A DNA stretch of 64,000 nt. It comes from Terriglobia bacterium. GTDB taxonomy: Bacteria > Acidobacteriota > Terriglobia > 20CM-2-55-15. The DNA is taken from assembly GCA_036496425.1 (NCBI GenBank), contig DASXLG010000202.1:69-64068 (forward strand), given 5' to 3'. The stretch's first letter is position 1, and each line of letters opens with the position of its first letter. Shown here piece by piece: positions 1 to 9,504 of the stretch. Below the pieces are notes generated by a model. The model made no database searches and was not told where the DNA came from. It saw nothing but the letters and a program-made list of their open reading frames with translations. The position numbers were made by a program, and so were the translations under genes.

Positions 1-51
1 AAAGCAATAAAGAAACCTTCAATGATGCAATGATCCAATTCATGTTTACAC

Positions 52-870
52 TCAGCTCTGCACCCACTTCACCGGTTTGCCGGTTCCGTCGTCCGATCCG
101 TTGATGAACCAGTCCTTGCCTTCGGGGTCATTGTCCATCGTACTGGAGAAGTCGAAGGGGCCTTGAAATTCCATGTACCGCAAACCGGTCTTGTCCGCGA
201 CAAGTTGATGCCATTCGCCTGCCGGGATCAGTACGAGATCTCCTGGTCCAAGCGGCGTTGTGCCGGTGTCCTCGATCACTTTGCCTGTCCCTTCGAAAAT
301 CATATAGAAGTGGACGGCGCCACCGGGATTGGTCGGGGTGCCTTCGTGTTTGTGCCGAGGTGAAAAACCGTTGGGTGCGTAGCGCATCAATCCGGCCTGC
401 ATGTCCCACGCACCGGAAAGACCTGTTTCCTTATTGACCCAGAAACTGCGTATTCGCGTCTTCCCGGCAGAGATCAGCGATTGCAACCTGTCTTCGTCAA
501 AGTAGTAGCTGCTTGGCGATGTGTTGGAGGGCTTCGCGGCCTGTTTGGGTACATGGAGATGCAACAGACTGAGCGGATGCGCACCCGCCGAAACCGTGGC
601 CTTCTCTTGCGGCTCCAGGTACAGTCCGGTTCCCTTTTTCGCGCTGTGGTTCTGCCCTTTGAATGAGAACTGGCCTCCCTCGCCTTCGAGGACATACAGC
701 AGATGACTTCGGCTTTCCGAATTGAATTCCTGCGACTTGCCGGGGGCGATATCGTGAATCGCCGCGCGCAGCTCCTTCGCTCTATCGTCCGAAGTGACGA
801 TCTGGCGAACCGTCCCCGCCGGGCTGGGTTCTCTCCGGCGGTTATTTGTGTCTATTACCGTGATGCTCAT
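52..870 (-). CDS. cupin domain protein
   Basis: 272-aa ORF. The C-terminal half has a cupin beta-barrel pattern (G-x-W-H...VLIPAGEWH). GGAGG Shine-Dalgarno sits 7 nt upstream of the ATG at 870. Confidence 0.7.
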   Translation of the reverse strand: MSITVIDTNNRRREPSPAGTVRQIVTSDDRAKELRAAIHDIAPGKSQEFNSESRSHLLYVLEGEGGQFSFKGQNHSAKKGTGLYLEPQEKATVSAGAHPLSLLHLHVPKQAAKPSNTSPSSYYFDEDRLQSLISAGKTRIRSFWVNKETGLSGAWDMQAGLMRYAPNGFSPRHKHEGTPTNPGGAVHFYMIFEGTGKVIEDTGTTPLGPGDLVLIPAGEWHQLVADKTGLRYMEFQGPFDFSSTMDNDPEGKDWFINGSDDGTGKPVKWVQS

Positions 871-906
871 CTCTATTCCTCCGGTCTCATTCCAATGTCC
901 AGTCGA

Positions 907-2280
907 TCAGTGGGGCCGGTACGCGGTGCGCGCAACTTCGGCGAACGGAGCGGGCGCCGTTTTCGCGCGAATCTCGATCTGCGCATGGCGCTCAACCGTC
1001 GGTTTGGTGGATCCTCCATCCTCTTCGCCCCACACCAGCGTGAGTTCGCTGCCGGGCTCGCTGTGCTCGACATTGACCATTGCCAGCGAAATCATCGCTC
1101 GCTCATTGTATGTATAGCCGGTGTAAGTCGACAGGCCGACAATTTTGCCACCCTTCAAGACCTTGTCATACGGCAGCGTCGAATAATTCGCGAGGGGCAA
1201 ATCGACGTACTTCGTAATGTCGGATCCCGGCTGACACATCGAACGGAACCCGCGAGCCAGATCATCACCGTTCCATACCAGCGTGACCTTCTTGCGGCTT
1301 GGATTCCCGGCGATCTTTTCGAGCGCCGGACGCCCGACGAAGTCGTGGTCGAATTTAACGAATGGTCCGTATCCCAGGTCGTAAGGCGTGAGGTAATAGT
1401 CTGCGATGTTGTCGGAATAAAAGCTCCCCCCGAGCGAAGCCATCGCTTCATAGCTCTGGCCGGTGAGCCATTGCCGGTACGGCTTCATTTTTTCACCGGT
1501 ATAGATCGCGGGCATCGGAGAGGGAATCCAGCCGGATTCGAGACAACTGGTCGGATATGTCCTCGCGCCCACCTGGCGGATGCCGTATTCCAGGCCGGCT
1601 TCGACGATAGCATTCCGCACTTCATCGGCATATTCCCAGGGGCCGAAGAGCTCCCAGCCCGGCTGTCCCACCATTCCGTGACGCAAGGCATGGACGTCCC
1701 GCCCTGCAATTTTGAAAACATCCATGTTGAAGAACTTGATGTCCGGTGCGGCCTTGCCGGTCACCTTCTCCATCGTCTTTACGGCGTTCGGACCTTGAAC
1801 CTGAAAACGGAAAACCTTGCGGCGGCCTTGATTGACGGCGGATCTTTCATCCCGTTCGACCTTGGCGTTGTACTTTCCCGCTCCCACGTTGTACTGGACC
1901 CAGCTGGCAGCCGGCGGCCGGCCGACCAGGTTGAACTTGTTTTCGCCAAGGTAAAAGAGGATGGCGTCGCCGATAACGAATCCGTCGTGATTGCAGGCGA
2001 CAAACTGCTTCGCCTGGTTGACTCTGAAATTCTTGAAAGTGTTGACGCCGAGATCCGAAAACACTTTGAGAGCGTCCGGTCCCTCGACATAGAGATCCGT
2101 CATGTGATGCGACTGATCGAAGAGAGCGCAGGTCTCGCGCCAGGAGCGCTGCTCATCTCGCCAATTGGTAAATTCCGAACGCACGACCGGAAAGGCATAT
2201 GGACCGATCTGCGAATTTCGCAGCATGTGAACCGGATTCCCCGCCGCGTGTAACGCGTCCTCCAGGGTTTTGTAACTCAT
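907..2280 (-). CDS. aminomethyltransferase family protein (GcvT / THF-dependent demethylase-like)
   Basis: 457-aa ORF with GcvT-type folate-binding aminomethyltransferase architecture (N-terminal aminomethyltransferase domain plus C-terminal barrel). An SD lies before the ATG at 2280. Confidence 0.75.
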   Translation of the reverse strand: MSYKTLEDALHAAGNPVHMLRNSQIGPYAFPVVRSEFTNWRDEQRSWRETCALFDQSHHMTDLYVEGPDALKVFSDLGVNTFKNFRVNQAKQFVACNHDGFVIGDAILFYLGENKFNLVGRPPAASWVQYNVGAGKYNAKVERDERSAVNQGRRKVFRFQVQGPNAVKTMEKVTGKAAPDIKFFNMDVFKIAGRDVHALRHGMVGQPGWELFGPWEYADEVRNAIVEAGLEYGIRQVGARTYPTSCLESGWIPSPMPAIYTGEKMKPYRQWLTGQSYEAMASLGGSFYSDNIADYYLTPYDLGYGPFVKFDHDFVGRPALEKIAGNPSRKKVTLVWNGDDLARGFRSMCQPGSDITKYVDLPLANYSTLPYDKVLKGGKIVGLSTYTGYTYNERAMISLAMVNVEHSEPGSELTLVWGEEDGGSTKPTVERHAQIEIRAKTAPAPFAEVARTAYRPH

Positions 2281-2299
2281 AAGTGCTCCGTGCCGTTAA

Positions 2300-3751
2300 A
2301 TGTTAGCCCGCGTTCAGGAGCGTATTCAGCCCATCCTGAGAAAGCAACAGGAACTTGATACAATCCCGCCCGTGAAGACCGAAGAGAAAGCAGCCGGGTC
2401 GTGGCTTGCAGCCGTCGGGCTGAATCTTTCGGAATGGTTTGAGCGGTGGTTTCCGGATGCATTCGCGCTGGCAATTGTCGCTGTGATCATCGTGTTTCTG
2501 GCTTGCGTGGGCATCGGCAATTCTCCGGTCCAGACGGCGCAGTGGTTCGGCGCCGGGTTCTGGGACCTCGTGACATTCACGATGCAGATGACGATGATCA
2601 TCATCAGCGGCTATGCGCTCGCGACGGCGCCGCCCGTTTATGCGGTGATTCTTCGAATCGCCCGTATTCCGGCGAACGGCAGAAGTGCCGCGGCGTTTGT
2701 CGGACTATTTTCGATGCTGGCATCGCTGCCGTCCTGGAGCTTCAGCCTCATTTTCAGCGGTTTGCTGGCGCGCGAAGTGGCGTATCGCGTTCGCGGCGCG
2801 GACTATCGCGCGATCGGAGCCGCCGGTTACCTTGGCGTCGGCAGCGTCTGGGCGCTGGGGCTATCATCCTCGGCGGCGCTGATCATGGCTGCTCCCTCAT
2901 CGCTTCCCCAATCCATTCTGCAAATCAGCGGCGTCATCCCACTGTCGCAAACTCTTGGTTTATGGCAAAGCATCGCCATTGCTTGTGTTTTGATTGCGGT
3001 GTCGATGACGATTGCGTTTTACTCTCATCCCTCCCACGGCCGGGCGCGGGACATGGAAGCGATGGGAGTCCGATATGAACGCGTGATGCCGCCGGCCGGC
3101 AAGGCGGAAAGGCCCGGCGAGCTGCTGGAATACAGCCCGGTCCTGACGTTAGTGATCGGCTTTTTCGGCATCGCCTACATGGTTCGAGAGGTCGGCGACA
3201 AAGGCTTCAGCGTTATCCTCGAGCTCAATCACTACATCTTTCTGTTTCTGATCGCCGGCCTTCTGCTTCACTGGCGGCCGCGGTTTTTCGTAGACGCCGT
3301 GACAGCGGCCGTGCCTTCAGTGGCCGGGGTGCTGATCCAATATCCGTTGTATGGCGGAATCGTGAAGATGATGACCGAGTCCGGACTGGCGAAACGGCTC
3401 GCTCACTTTTTCGTAGCCGTATCCACGCAACATACCTTTCCCGTGCTCGTGGGCATCTATTCGGCATTTCTCGGCTTGTTTGTGCCCTCGGCGGGCGGAA
3501 AATGGCTGATCGAAGCGCCATATATATTGGATGCGGCAAAGTCATTGCATGTTCATCCCGGCTGGACGGTTCAAACCTACAATGCGACGGAGGCTTTGGC
3601 CAATCTCATCCATCCGTTCTGGATGCTGCCGCTGCTGGGAATTCTCGGTTTGAAAGCCCGCGACATCGTCGGCTATTCCATGCTGCAATTCGCCGTTCAC
3701 GTGCCGCTGGTACTCGCGCTGGTCTGGCTGCTCAACTACACATTGCGGTGA
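2300..3751 (+). CDS. short-chain fatty acid transporter, AtoE family
   Basis: 483-aa polytopic membrane protein with AtoE-type motifs (ERWFPD..., [16 protein letters not shown]). The true start may instead be the GTG at 2372, about 25 aa before the RWFPD motif. Confidence 0.7.
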   Translation: MLARVQERIQPILRKQQELDTIPPVKTEEKAAGSWLAAVGLNLSEWFERWFPDAFALAIVAVIIVFLACVGIGNSPVQTAQWFGAGFWDLVTFTMQMTMIIISGYALATAPPVYAVILRIARIPANGRSAAAFVGLFSMLASLPSWSFSLIFSGLLAREVAYRVRGADYRAIGAAGYLGVGSVWALGLSSSAALIMAAPSSLPQSILQISGVIPLSQTLGLWQSIAIACVLIAVSMTIAFYSHPSHGRARDMEAMGVRYERVMPPAGKAERPGELLEYSPVLTLVIGFFGIAYMVREVGDKGFSVILELNHYIFLFLIAGLLLHWRPRFFVDAVTAAVPSVAGVLIQYPLYGGIVKMMTESGLAKRLAHFFVAVSTQHTFPVLVGIYSAFLGLFVPSAGGKWLIEAPYILDAAKSLHVHPGWTVQTYNATEALANLIHPFWMLPLLGILGLKARDIVGYSMLQFAVHVPLVLALVWLLNYTLR

Positions 3752-3755
3752 TGAA

Positions 3756-4754
3756 ATGATTCCGTTGTCAGTCTTGGACCTTTGTCCGGTTCCGCGGAAT
3801 TCGACCGCGGCCGACGCGTTCCATAATTCTCTGGATCTCGCTCAGCATGCCGAGCAGTGGGGTTATCGGCGCTACTGGCTGGCGGAGCATCACAACATGC
3901 CCGGCATCGCAAGCGCCGCGACATCCATTCTCATAGGACACATTGCCGGCGGCACGAAAACGATCCGGGTGGGCTCCGGCGGAGTGATGCTGCCGAATCA
4001 CTCCCCCCTTGTGATTGCCGAGCAATTCGGCACTCTGGCGTCGCTCTACCCGGACCGCATCGATCTTGGACTGGGGCGGGCGCCGGGCACCGATGGGCTG
4101 ACGGCTCGAGCGCTGCGCCGAAGTCATATCGAGAGCGTCGAGGAGTTTCCGCGCGATGTGCAGGAATTGCTCGCTTATTTCAGCCCGGCTGAGCCGGCAC
4201 AGAGAATCCGTGCCGTACCCGGTTCGGGAATGGCTGTTCCGATCTGGCTCCTCGGATCAAGCCTCTTCAGCGCGCAACTGGCCGCGAAGCTCGGATTGCC
4301 GTTCGCCTTTGCCTCACACTTTGCGCCCGCGGAATTGGCACACGCACTGCGCCTTTATCGCGGCGAATTCCAGCCATCGCGGCAGCTGGAGCGGCCCCAT
4401 GTCATGTGCGGATTGACTGTCATAGCCGCCGACACGGATGCGGAAGCGCGACGTCATTTCACGTCGATACAGCAGTCGTTCATCAACCTCCGGCGGGGGA
4501 TGCCGGGCCAGATCCCTCCGCCGATCGACGATATCGACGCGTTTTGTCCGCCCGAGGAACGCGCCGGAGTCGACTATGCGCTTTCGTGCTCTGTCGTCGG
4601 CGGTCCGGATACCGTCGAGCGAGGCCTTGCTTCGTTCATCGAATTCACTGCCGCCGATGAACTGATGATTACGGCGAACCTGTACTCCCACACAGCGCGT
4701 CTGCGCTCATTCGAAATCGCCGCGGAAATCAATCGTGCGATGGACGCCCGCTGA
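3756..4754 (+). CDS. LLM-class flavin-dependent oxidoreductase (luciferase-like monooxygenase)
   Basis: 332 aa. N-terminus [12 protein letters not shown]...[11 protein letters not shown]...LPNHSP is a typical LLM/MsnO8-family signature. Starts 5 nt after the AtoE stop. Confidence 0.8.
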   Translation: MIPLSVLDLCPVPRNSTAADAFHNSLDLAQHAEQWGYRRYWLAEHHNMPGIASAATSILIGHIAGGTKTIRVGSGGVMLPNHSPLVIAEQFGTLASLYPDRIDLGLGRAPGTDGLTARALRRSHIESVEEFPRDVQELLAYFSPAEPAQRIRAVPGSGMAVPIWLLGSSLFSAQLAAKLGLPFAFASHFAPAELAHALRLYRGEFQPSRQLERPHVMCGLTVIAADTDAEARRHFTSIQQSFINLRRGMPGQIPPPIDDIDAFCPPEERAGVDYALSCSVVGGPDTVERGLASFIEFTAADELMITANLYSHTARLRSFEIAAEINRAMDAR

Positions 4755-4977
4755 TAGCCGCGATTGTCGTATGCCGCCATCTTTTCAGGCACAACCGCGC
4801 TGAGGCGGTTCCGCATGCTGGTCCGCCAGGATCCTTATATATAAGGACGCCAAGATCGGCACGACTCCATCGGGCTGGGCCGAAGCCGGCGGGCACATGG
4901 GAATCAGCGAGTACCTGAAGCAGTTGTAGGCGCAGCCCGAGAAGCGCAAGTGCGATAGTGCGCAGCCGTAAACTCAT

Positions 4978-5877
4978 TTACTTCGGCTTCTTCACCTCGT
5001 AGTTCCAACCGGAAGGAGTGTTCGCGGGCATGATCCGGATAAACGCTTCGACGGCGTGGATTTGTCCGCCATAGACCTTGAATGCCTCAAAACAGGTCAG
5101 GGCATTGCCGGGACCGTAGCTGTTCGTATCGCCGAAATCGAGGTACATGAGAACGATTCCCATTTCCTCATCGACGGCGGCAATCCGATAGCTCACGTCC
5201 GGATGAGCGATCACCCGCTGCGTGAGGATATTTTCGCTGCCCGCCCGCGCCCCCGGCCCGGCCATGATATTTCCGTTCTCGATCCGATAAGCATCGGGAG
5301 CGAACGGCGCATGGACGGCCTCGAAGCTGCCGCCGGCTTTCAGTCCGGCCGGATAGAACTCCGCAATACGGATCAGATCGGCACGCGGCATCTTCTGCGA
5401 AGCATCGGGAACGACGTTCATGCCCGGATGAGATTTGGTGAGCGCCTCGATCGCGAATAGCGCGCCCTCGGTCCGGTTGCGCGTCACCATTGTTTCGATC
5501 TCTGCGATCTTTCTGTCGGCGATCTTCAACCGCAATGCCAGCATGACGGGATTACCGCCTTCTTCGACGATGGCATGCGACGCCGCCTGGCCGTCGCGTA
5601 CATCGAGGAAGTCCTGCCGGTAGGAGCGGAGGCCCGATGCGCCTTTCCAGAGCCCCTCGCCCAGAGTCAAAGTCCTGGTGTCTTCGGTAAAGCGCACGCC
5701 GGACGCAAGCGGAAGCGATTTCGGATCGTGAGCGGCCATCGCGTTCAAATATTGCGTAATGAACCCGCGAAGGCATTCCCGGTCGCAGGTAGTTTGAGGG
5801 GCCGCTGGAGAAGACGCCCCGATCCATGCAAAAGGCGCCAAAAGGGCGAACAGGCAGAGCGCAATAGCGCGTTTCAT
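4978..5877 (-). CDS. secreted hypothetical protein (NTF2/SnoaL-like?)
   Basis: Long ORF trimmed to the internal ATG at 5877, which gives MKRAIALCLFALLAPFAWIGA... with a clear signal peptide. 299 aa. No confident family assignment. Confidence 0.55.
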   Translation of the reverse strand: MKRAIALCLFALLAPFAWIGASSPAAPQTTCDRECLRGFITQYLNAMAAHDPKSLPLASGVRFTEDTRTLTLGEGLWKGASGLRSYRQDFLDVRDGQAASHAIVEEGGNPVMLALRLKIADRKIAEIETMVTRNRTEGALFAIEALTKSHPGMNVVPDASQKMPRADLIRIAEFYPAGLKAGGSFEAVHAPFAPDAYRIENGNIMAGPGARAGSENILTQRVIAHPDVSYRIAAVDEEMGIVLMYLDFGDTNSYGPGNALTCFEAFKVYGGQIHAVEAFIRIMPANTPSGWNYEVKKPK

Positions 5878-5901
5878 AGGGTCCTCCGGTAGAATAGTCT
5901 C

Positions 5902-6519
5902 ATGAGCAAACCGGTAATGCTTGAAGTCTTCACAGACTTTGTCTGACCCTGGTGCTATCTCAGTACCGGGCGTATTGAAAAGCTGAAACAGAATTTCGCA
6001 ATCCACGTGCAATGGGTGTATTTCCCTCTGCACCCCGATACGCCACCCCAGGGACTCCTGCTGAAAGATCTGTTCGCGGGGCGCAATTTCGATCTGGAAG
6101 CCATGCATGCACGGATGAAAAGTCTGATGGATGGCGAAGGCCTGCCGTATGAACGGCGGTCCCACACGTACAACAGCAGGCTGGCGCAGGAATTGGCGAA
6201 GTGGGCGGACTCGAAACCAGGCTTCGAAGCCATCCATCAGGCACTCTACCGGGCGTATTTTGTGGAAGGGCGCAACATTGGCGATATTGACGTGCTCATC
6301 GACATTGCTAAAAAAGTGGGATTGCCGGAAGACGAAGCGAGGACCGTCCTCGTCGAGCGGACGTTCAAAGACCTCATCGATCTGGACTGGCAGAAAGCCG
6401 GCCGGTACGGCATCAGCGGTGTGCCGAGCTTTGTCGCAGGAGGCACGAAAGTCATTGGCGCACAGCCGTACGAAGTTCTTGCCCAGCAGTTGCGCGCTGC
6501 GGGCGCGGCCCCGAAGTAA
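5902..6519 (+). CDS. DsbA/FrnE-like thiol-disulfide oxidoreductase with in-frame TGA (5944-5946) at the first Cys of CxxC: candidate selenoprotein, or recent pseudogene
   Basis: The ATG at 5902 reads MSKPVMLEVFTDFV-TGA-PWCYLSTGRIEKLKQNFAIHVQWVYFPLH... in the same frame as tool ORF 6007..6519 (offsets 105 and 42 are both multiples of 3). The TGA aligns exactly with the first Cys of the canonical DsbA/FrnE N-terminal motif (...SDxxCPWCYxG). The downstream 190 aa are a complete DsbA_FrnE-like domain. Confidence 0.6.
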
Positions 6520-7004
6520 TGGATACGCCGGGTGCGAACGCCTTGAAGTACGGCCGCGTCGAGCGCGAGCGCCGTTTCCTGCTGCGCGCTGTTCCGGAGG
6601 GCAAGTTCATCCGCAGCCGCCGCATCACCGATCGTTATCTACGCGGCACGCGCCTCCGCCTGCGGGAAATCGTCGACCCGGCAACCACCGGCACCGTGTA
6701 CAAGCTGACGCAAAAGATCCCGGCAACAGCCGCCACGCCGCCTCTTGTTACGACGATCTATCTGACGCGCGCGGAGTACGACGCGCTGGCCGCACTGCCG
6801 GCCGACCTCCTGACGAAGACGCGCCACAGCCTGCCGCCGTTCGGTATCGACGTGTTCGATCCGCCTCACGCCGGTCTCGTGCTCGCCGAAGCCGAGTTCG
6901 ATGACGATGCGGCGATGCGTGCGTTGTCGGTGCCGAGCGGCTGGATAGAGGTGACCGACGACGCTCGCTATGCCGGTGCAACCCTCGCGTCCGGCCAGAT
7001 CTGA
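6519..7004 (+). CDS. CYTH domain protein (triphosphate tunnel metalloenzyme-like)
   Basis: 161 aa. The N-terminal VERERRFLL matches the CYTH ExExK-type beta-strand motif with K replaced by R. The ATG overlaps the preceding TAA by 1 nt (TAATG). Confidence 0.55.
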   Translation: MDTPGANALKYGRVERERRFLLRAVPEGKFIRSRRITDRYLRGTRLRLREIVDPATTGTVYKLTQKIPATAATPPLVTTIYLTRAEYDALAALPADLLTKTRHSLPPFGIDVFDPPHAGLVLAEAEFDDDAAMRALSVPSGWIEVTDDARYAGATLASGQI

Positions 7005-7380
7005 TCCTGCGTCTGCTTGTAAAGTACGGGACCGAGGAATCTAGCGGCTCTGGCGAGTTGAGAAAACGGGAGAGACCGTGCGCCTCAAGGGCGCTGTTGG
7101 CCAGTGGGGAAAGGACCCACCCTGAGAAAACCGGTTTCAGGTAGCTGATGAGCGGCGGAAAAGGAATGGCGCCGAAGGCTCATGACAAAGTCCGCGAAAG
7201 GCGTGTCAGCCCATCGATGGCGTGGAGGCCTTTAAGACCGTTCGCTCGTGATCACGTCCCGATCGATAGGCGCTGGCGCCGCTCTGCGGCGCTTTCGGAC
7301 GTGGCACTCCAGTTCCGCCGGTCAGGCAATGAGAATGCGTTATTCATAGAGGGCGGTGAGTTTGCCATCCTTAATAATTC

Positions 7381-7998
7381 GTGTTGTATCGAATGCGATT
7401 CACCACCTGTGCTCTTCTTATGATTCTGGCCGGCCCTCTTTTCGCAGCCGCCCAGCGTCCCGTGGAAATCGAATTCGGTGTTCGGACCGGAACGACTTTT
7501 ACGCTTCCGCTGGAATCGCAACTGACCGGGCCCGCCGCCCTTTTCTCCACTCAGGCGTTTTCAAGACCTTCGATTTCGGTGGGACCCGTAGTCGCGGTTG
7601 TTGTTCAGGATCGAATCTCTATTCAATTCGATGCCTTATATAAGAGGATCCGGTACAACTTCTCTTCCACGGCCGGTAATCCGGTGATTTCCTCGTCGAC
7701 CGAGCTATCGTCATGGGAATTTCCTCTGCTCGCCGATTACATCGTCTTGCATAGGTCCATCCGGCCTTTTGGTGGCGGCGGCATGATCCTGGCTGAAAGT
7801 CTGTCCGGGACGTTTTTGAGCCAGACGCCGGCTTATGTGATCAACGGTGGCCTGGAGTTGCGCATGTCGCGGGTTGTGATCCGCCCGGAATTGCGGTACA
7901 CGCACTGGTCTAGCGTTCTTCAGGAGGTTGACGTTGCGCGGCGTGAAAACCAATTCGAATTTCTGGTTGGATTTTTATTTCGTGGCTTGAAACGTTAA
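7381..7998 (+). CDS. secreted beta-strand-rich protein, paralog 1 (putative OM beta-barrel family)
   Basis: 205 aa with a signal peptide (MLYRMRFTTCALLMILAGPLFAAAQ). Alternating hydrophobic beta-strand pattern. Shares WEFPL..DY and IRPELRYT(H/R)W blocks with the next gene. Confidence 0.6.
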   Translation: MLYRMRFTTCALLMILAGPLFAAAQRPVEIEFGVRTGTTFTLPLESQLTGPAALFSTQAFSRPSISVGPVVAVVVQDRISIQFDALYKRIRYNFSSTAGNPVISSSTELSSWEFPLLADYIVLHRSIRPFGGGGMILAESLSGTFLSQTPAYVINGGLELRMSRVVIRPELRYTHWSSVLQEVDVARRENQFEFLVGFLFRGLKR

Positions 7999-8657
7999 TG
8001 CGCAAAGCCGCCCTGTTTATTATTGCCGGGATTTTCATCTCGCCTGAGATCGCCTTCGGTCAACAACGGGTCGTATTCGAGTTGGGATTCCGCGCCGGAG
8101 TGCCAACCACCAAAGGCCTCGAATCCAGCTTTACGGGAATGCCCGGTGTATTTACGGTTCAACCGTCTTTCGAAAGACCGTCTTTCACGGCGGGTCCATC
8201 ATTTGGGGCTATTTTGTATGATCGGGTTATGGTCCAGCTCGATGCCCTGTACAAGCCGGTCCGTTTCGCGAATAATCAGACGTTTCAATCGGGCACGAGC
8301 AGCACCGTCACAAGAGGCGGTTCCTGGGAGTTTCCGCTCGTATTCGATTACCGTTTCCTCCAGGGCCGTATCCGTCCCTATGCTGGAGGGGGCAGCGTTG
8401 TCGGTCAAACCCTGTGGGGTACCTCCGATTCCTGGACGTACTTCGATTCGGGAGCTGTGGAACATTTCCGCACACAATTTCAAAACTTCGATAATCAGTT
8501 TCCCGCTTACGTGGCCAACGCCGGCCTCGAGTGGGACCGCTCTCGTCTCGCGATTCGCCCGGAACTGCGGTATACGCGTTGGGACAGTAAAACCTTTGAT
8601 GACCCGAAAAGACGTTCGGATCAATTCGAGATCCTGATCGGCCTCTCGGTCCGATGA
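7998..8657 (+). CDS. secreted beta-strand-rich protein, paralog 2
   Basis: 219 aa with a signal peptide. Clear paralog of 7381..7998. Start overlaps the upstream stop by 1 nt (TAATG), indicating a tandem duplication that is co-transcribed. Confidence 0.65.
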   Translation: MRKAALFIIAGIFISPEIAFGQQRVVFELGFRAGVPTTKGLESSFTGMPGVFTVQPSFERPSFTAGPSFGAILYDRVMVQLDALYKPVRFANNQTFQSGTSSTVTRGGSWEFPLVFDYRFLQGRIRPYAGGGSVVGQTLWGTSDSWTYFDSGAVEHFRTQFQNFDNQFPAYVANAGLEWDRSRLAIRPELRYTRWDSKTFDDPKRRSDQFEILIGLSVR

Positions 8658-8724
8658 ACAGGTTCGCGCCGAGTTCTCAAAGCCAAGCATTTCGGGGTTT
8701 AAGTGCAGGAAAAGCAAGCTGCGT

Positions 8725-9300
8725 GGCGGGCGCCACTTATAGAAAACGTTGGCCGCCCGCCATGCTTAAGCCGAAGGCTTAAGCATGCCTGCGCGATATC
8801 GGAATCAACGTGCGCGATCCGGTTCTTTTGGTAGGTGGCATGTTGAATCCGGCATGCGCCCCCTGACTTCAATATGCAGCCCGTTGCCTTAAGTCTGGCG
8901 GATGTTCGATCGCGTATGGCACTCCTTAGCTGCTGACGTCGACCGTCCGATTGTGGTCTGCCACACTTTGAATCCGTGTTCGCGACGTTAGATCGGGCGA
9001 GCGGCCCGTTAGATTACGTATGCGATGCGTTGGACAAGGATGGCAAACGAAGGCTGAGGTATGCGGGGCATTGATTCGATGTGGTGCGTATTGCCTTAAC
9101 GGCCGGACCATCGATTTCATGTGTGGCATGCGTTGAATGGAGACCGCTAACACCAAGCGTGGTTGTGACCCATGCTGCCTTGGGCGTACAGGGCATTAGA
9201 TTCCGTATGGCATTCCCAAGCTTAAGGGTGGCAGGCGTTAGATTAGGGATCCAGGGCGCTGGATCAGGTCTGCCACCCGTTGAATTACGCCTGCAACCGA
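8725..9300. repeat. non-coding region with degenerate repeats and strong hairpins
   Basis: Hairpins at 8725-8761 (GGCGGGCG/CGCCCGCC) and 8761-8787 (12-bp perfect stem CATGCTTAAGCC-gaa-GGCTTAAGCATG). Reshuffled motifs recur: GTTGAAT(CC), CGTTAGAT x3, CTTAAG, TCTGCCAC...TTGAAT, CGTATGGCA(C/T)TCC. Two diverged ~200-bp copies lie at about 8820-9040 and 9120-9300. Confidence 0.5.
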
Positions 9301-9504
9301 TCGATTCACGCATTAAACCCTTACTGCAGATTTGACCCGAAAAAAATTTAACCCGTTTGCTTTGTTTGAGTGAAGTGATTTCTTGCCAGAAATGGTGCAT
9401 TTAGGATGACAGCTTTTTGAGGGTCCCATCGTTGTATATAGTAGGGCTCGCAACCGAGAGCCTGCAGCGATTCCAATAAAAACTCAAAAGAAAGGAGGAC
9501 AAGG

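Noticed and set aside
4755-4977. Convergent intergenic region with CCTTATATATAAGG palindrome
   Set aside because: Short AT palindrome that plausibly is just part of a bidirectional terminator region. Nothing further stands out.
6007-6519. Taking the tool ORF (GTG start) as the complete DsbA-like gene
   Set aside because: That would begin after the CxxC motif, giving a redox-dead DsbA. The upstream in-frame ATG...TGA-PWC extension matches the family N-terminus residue by residue, so the selenoprotein or pseudogene interpretation explains more.
6131-6904. 257-aa Arg-rich ORF overlapping the DsbA-like and CYTH genes in another frame
   Set aside because: Extreme R/A/G/P composition typical of an out-of-frame translation of GC-rich coding DNA. 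Both overlapped genes have clear domain signatures.
7020-7260. Confident glycine riboswitch annotation
   Set aside because: The two hallmark strings are present, but no P1 helix, no second aptamer and no expression platform could be identified by eye, and the downstream genes are not glycine-related. Kept only as a low-confidence finding.
8800-9300. CRISPR array
   Set aside because: Repeats are short, degenerate and irregularly spaced. There is no constant repeat-spacer periodicity and no cas genes nearby.
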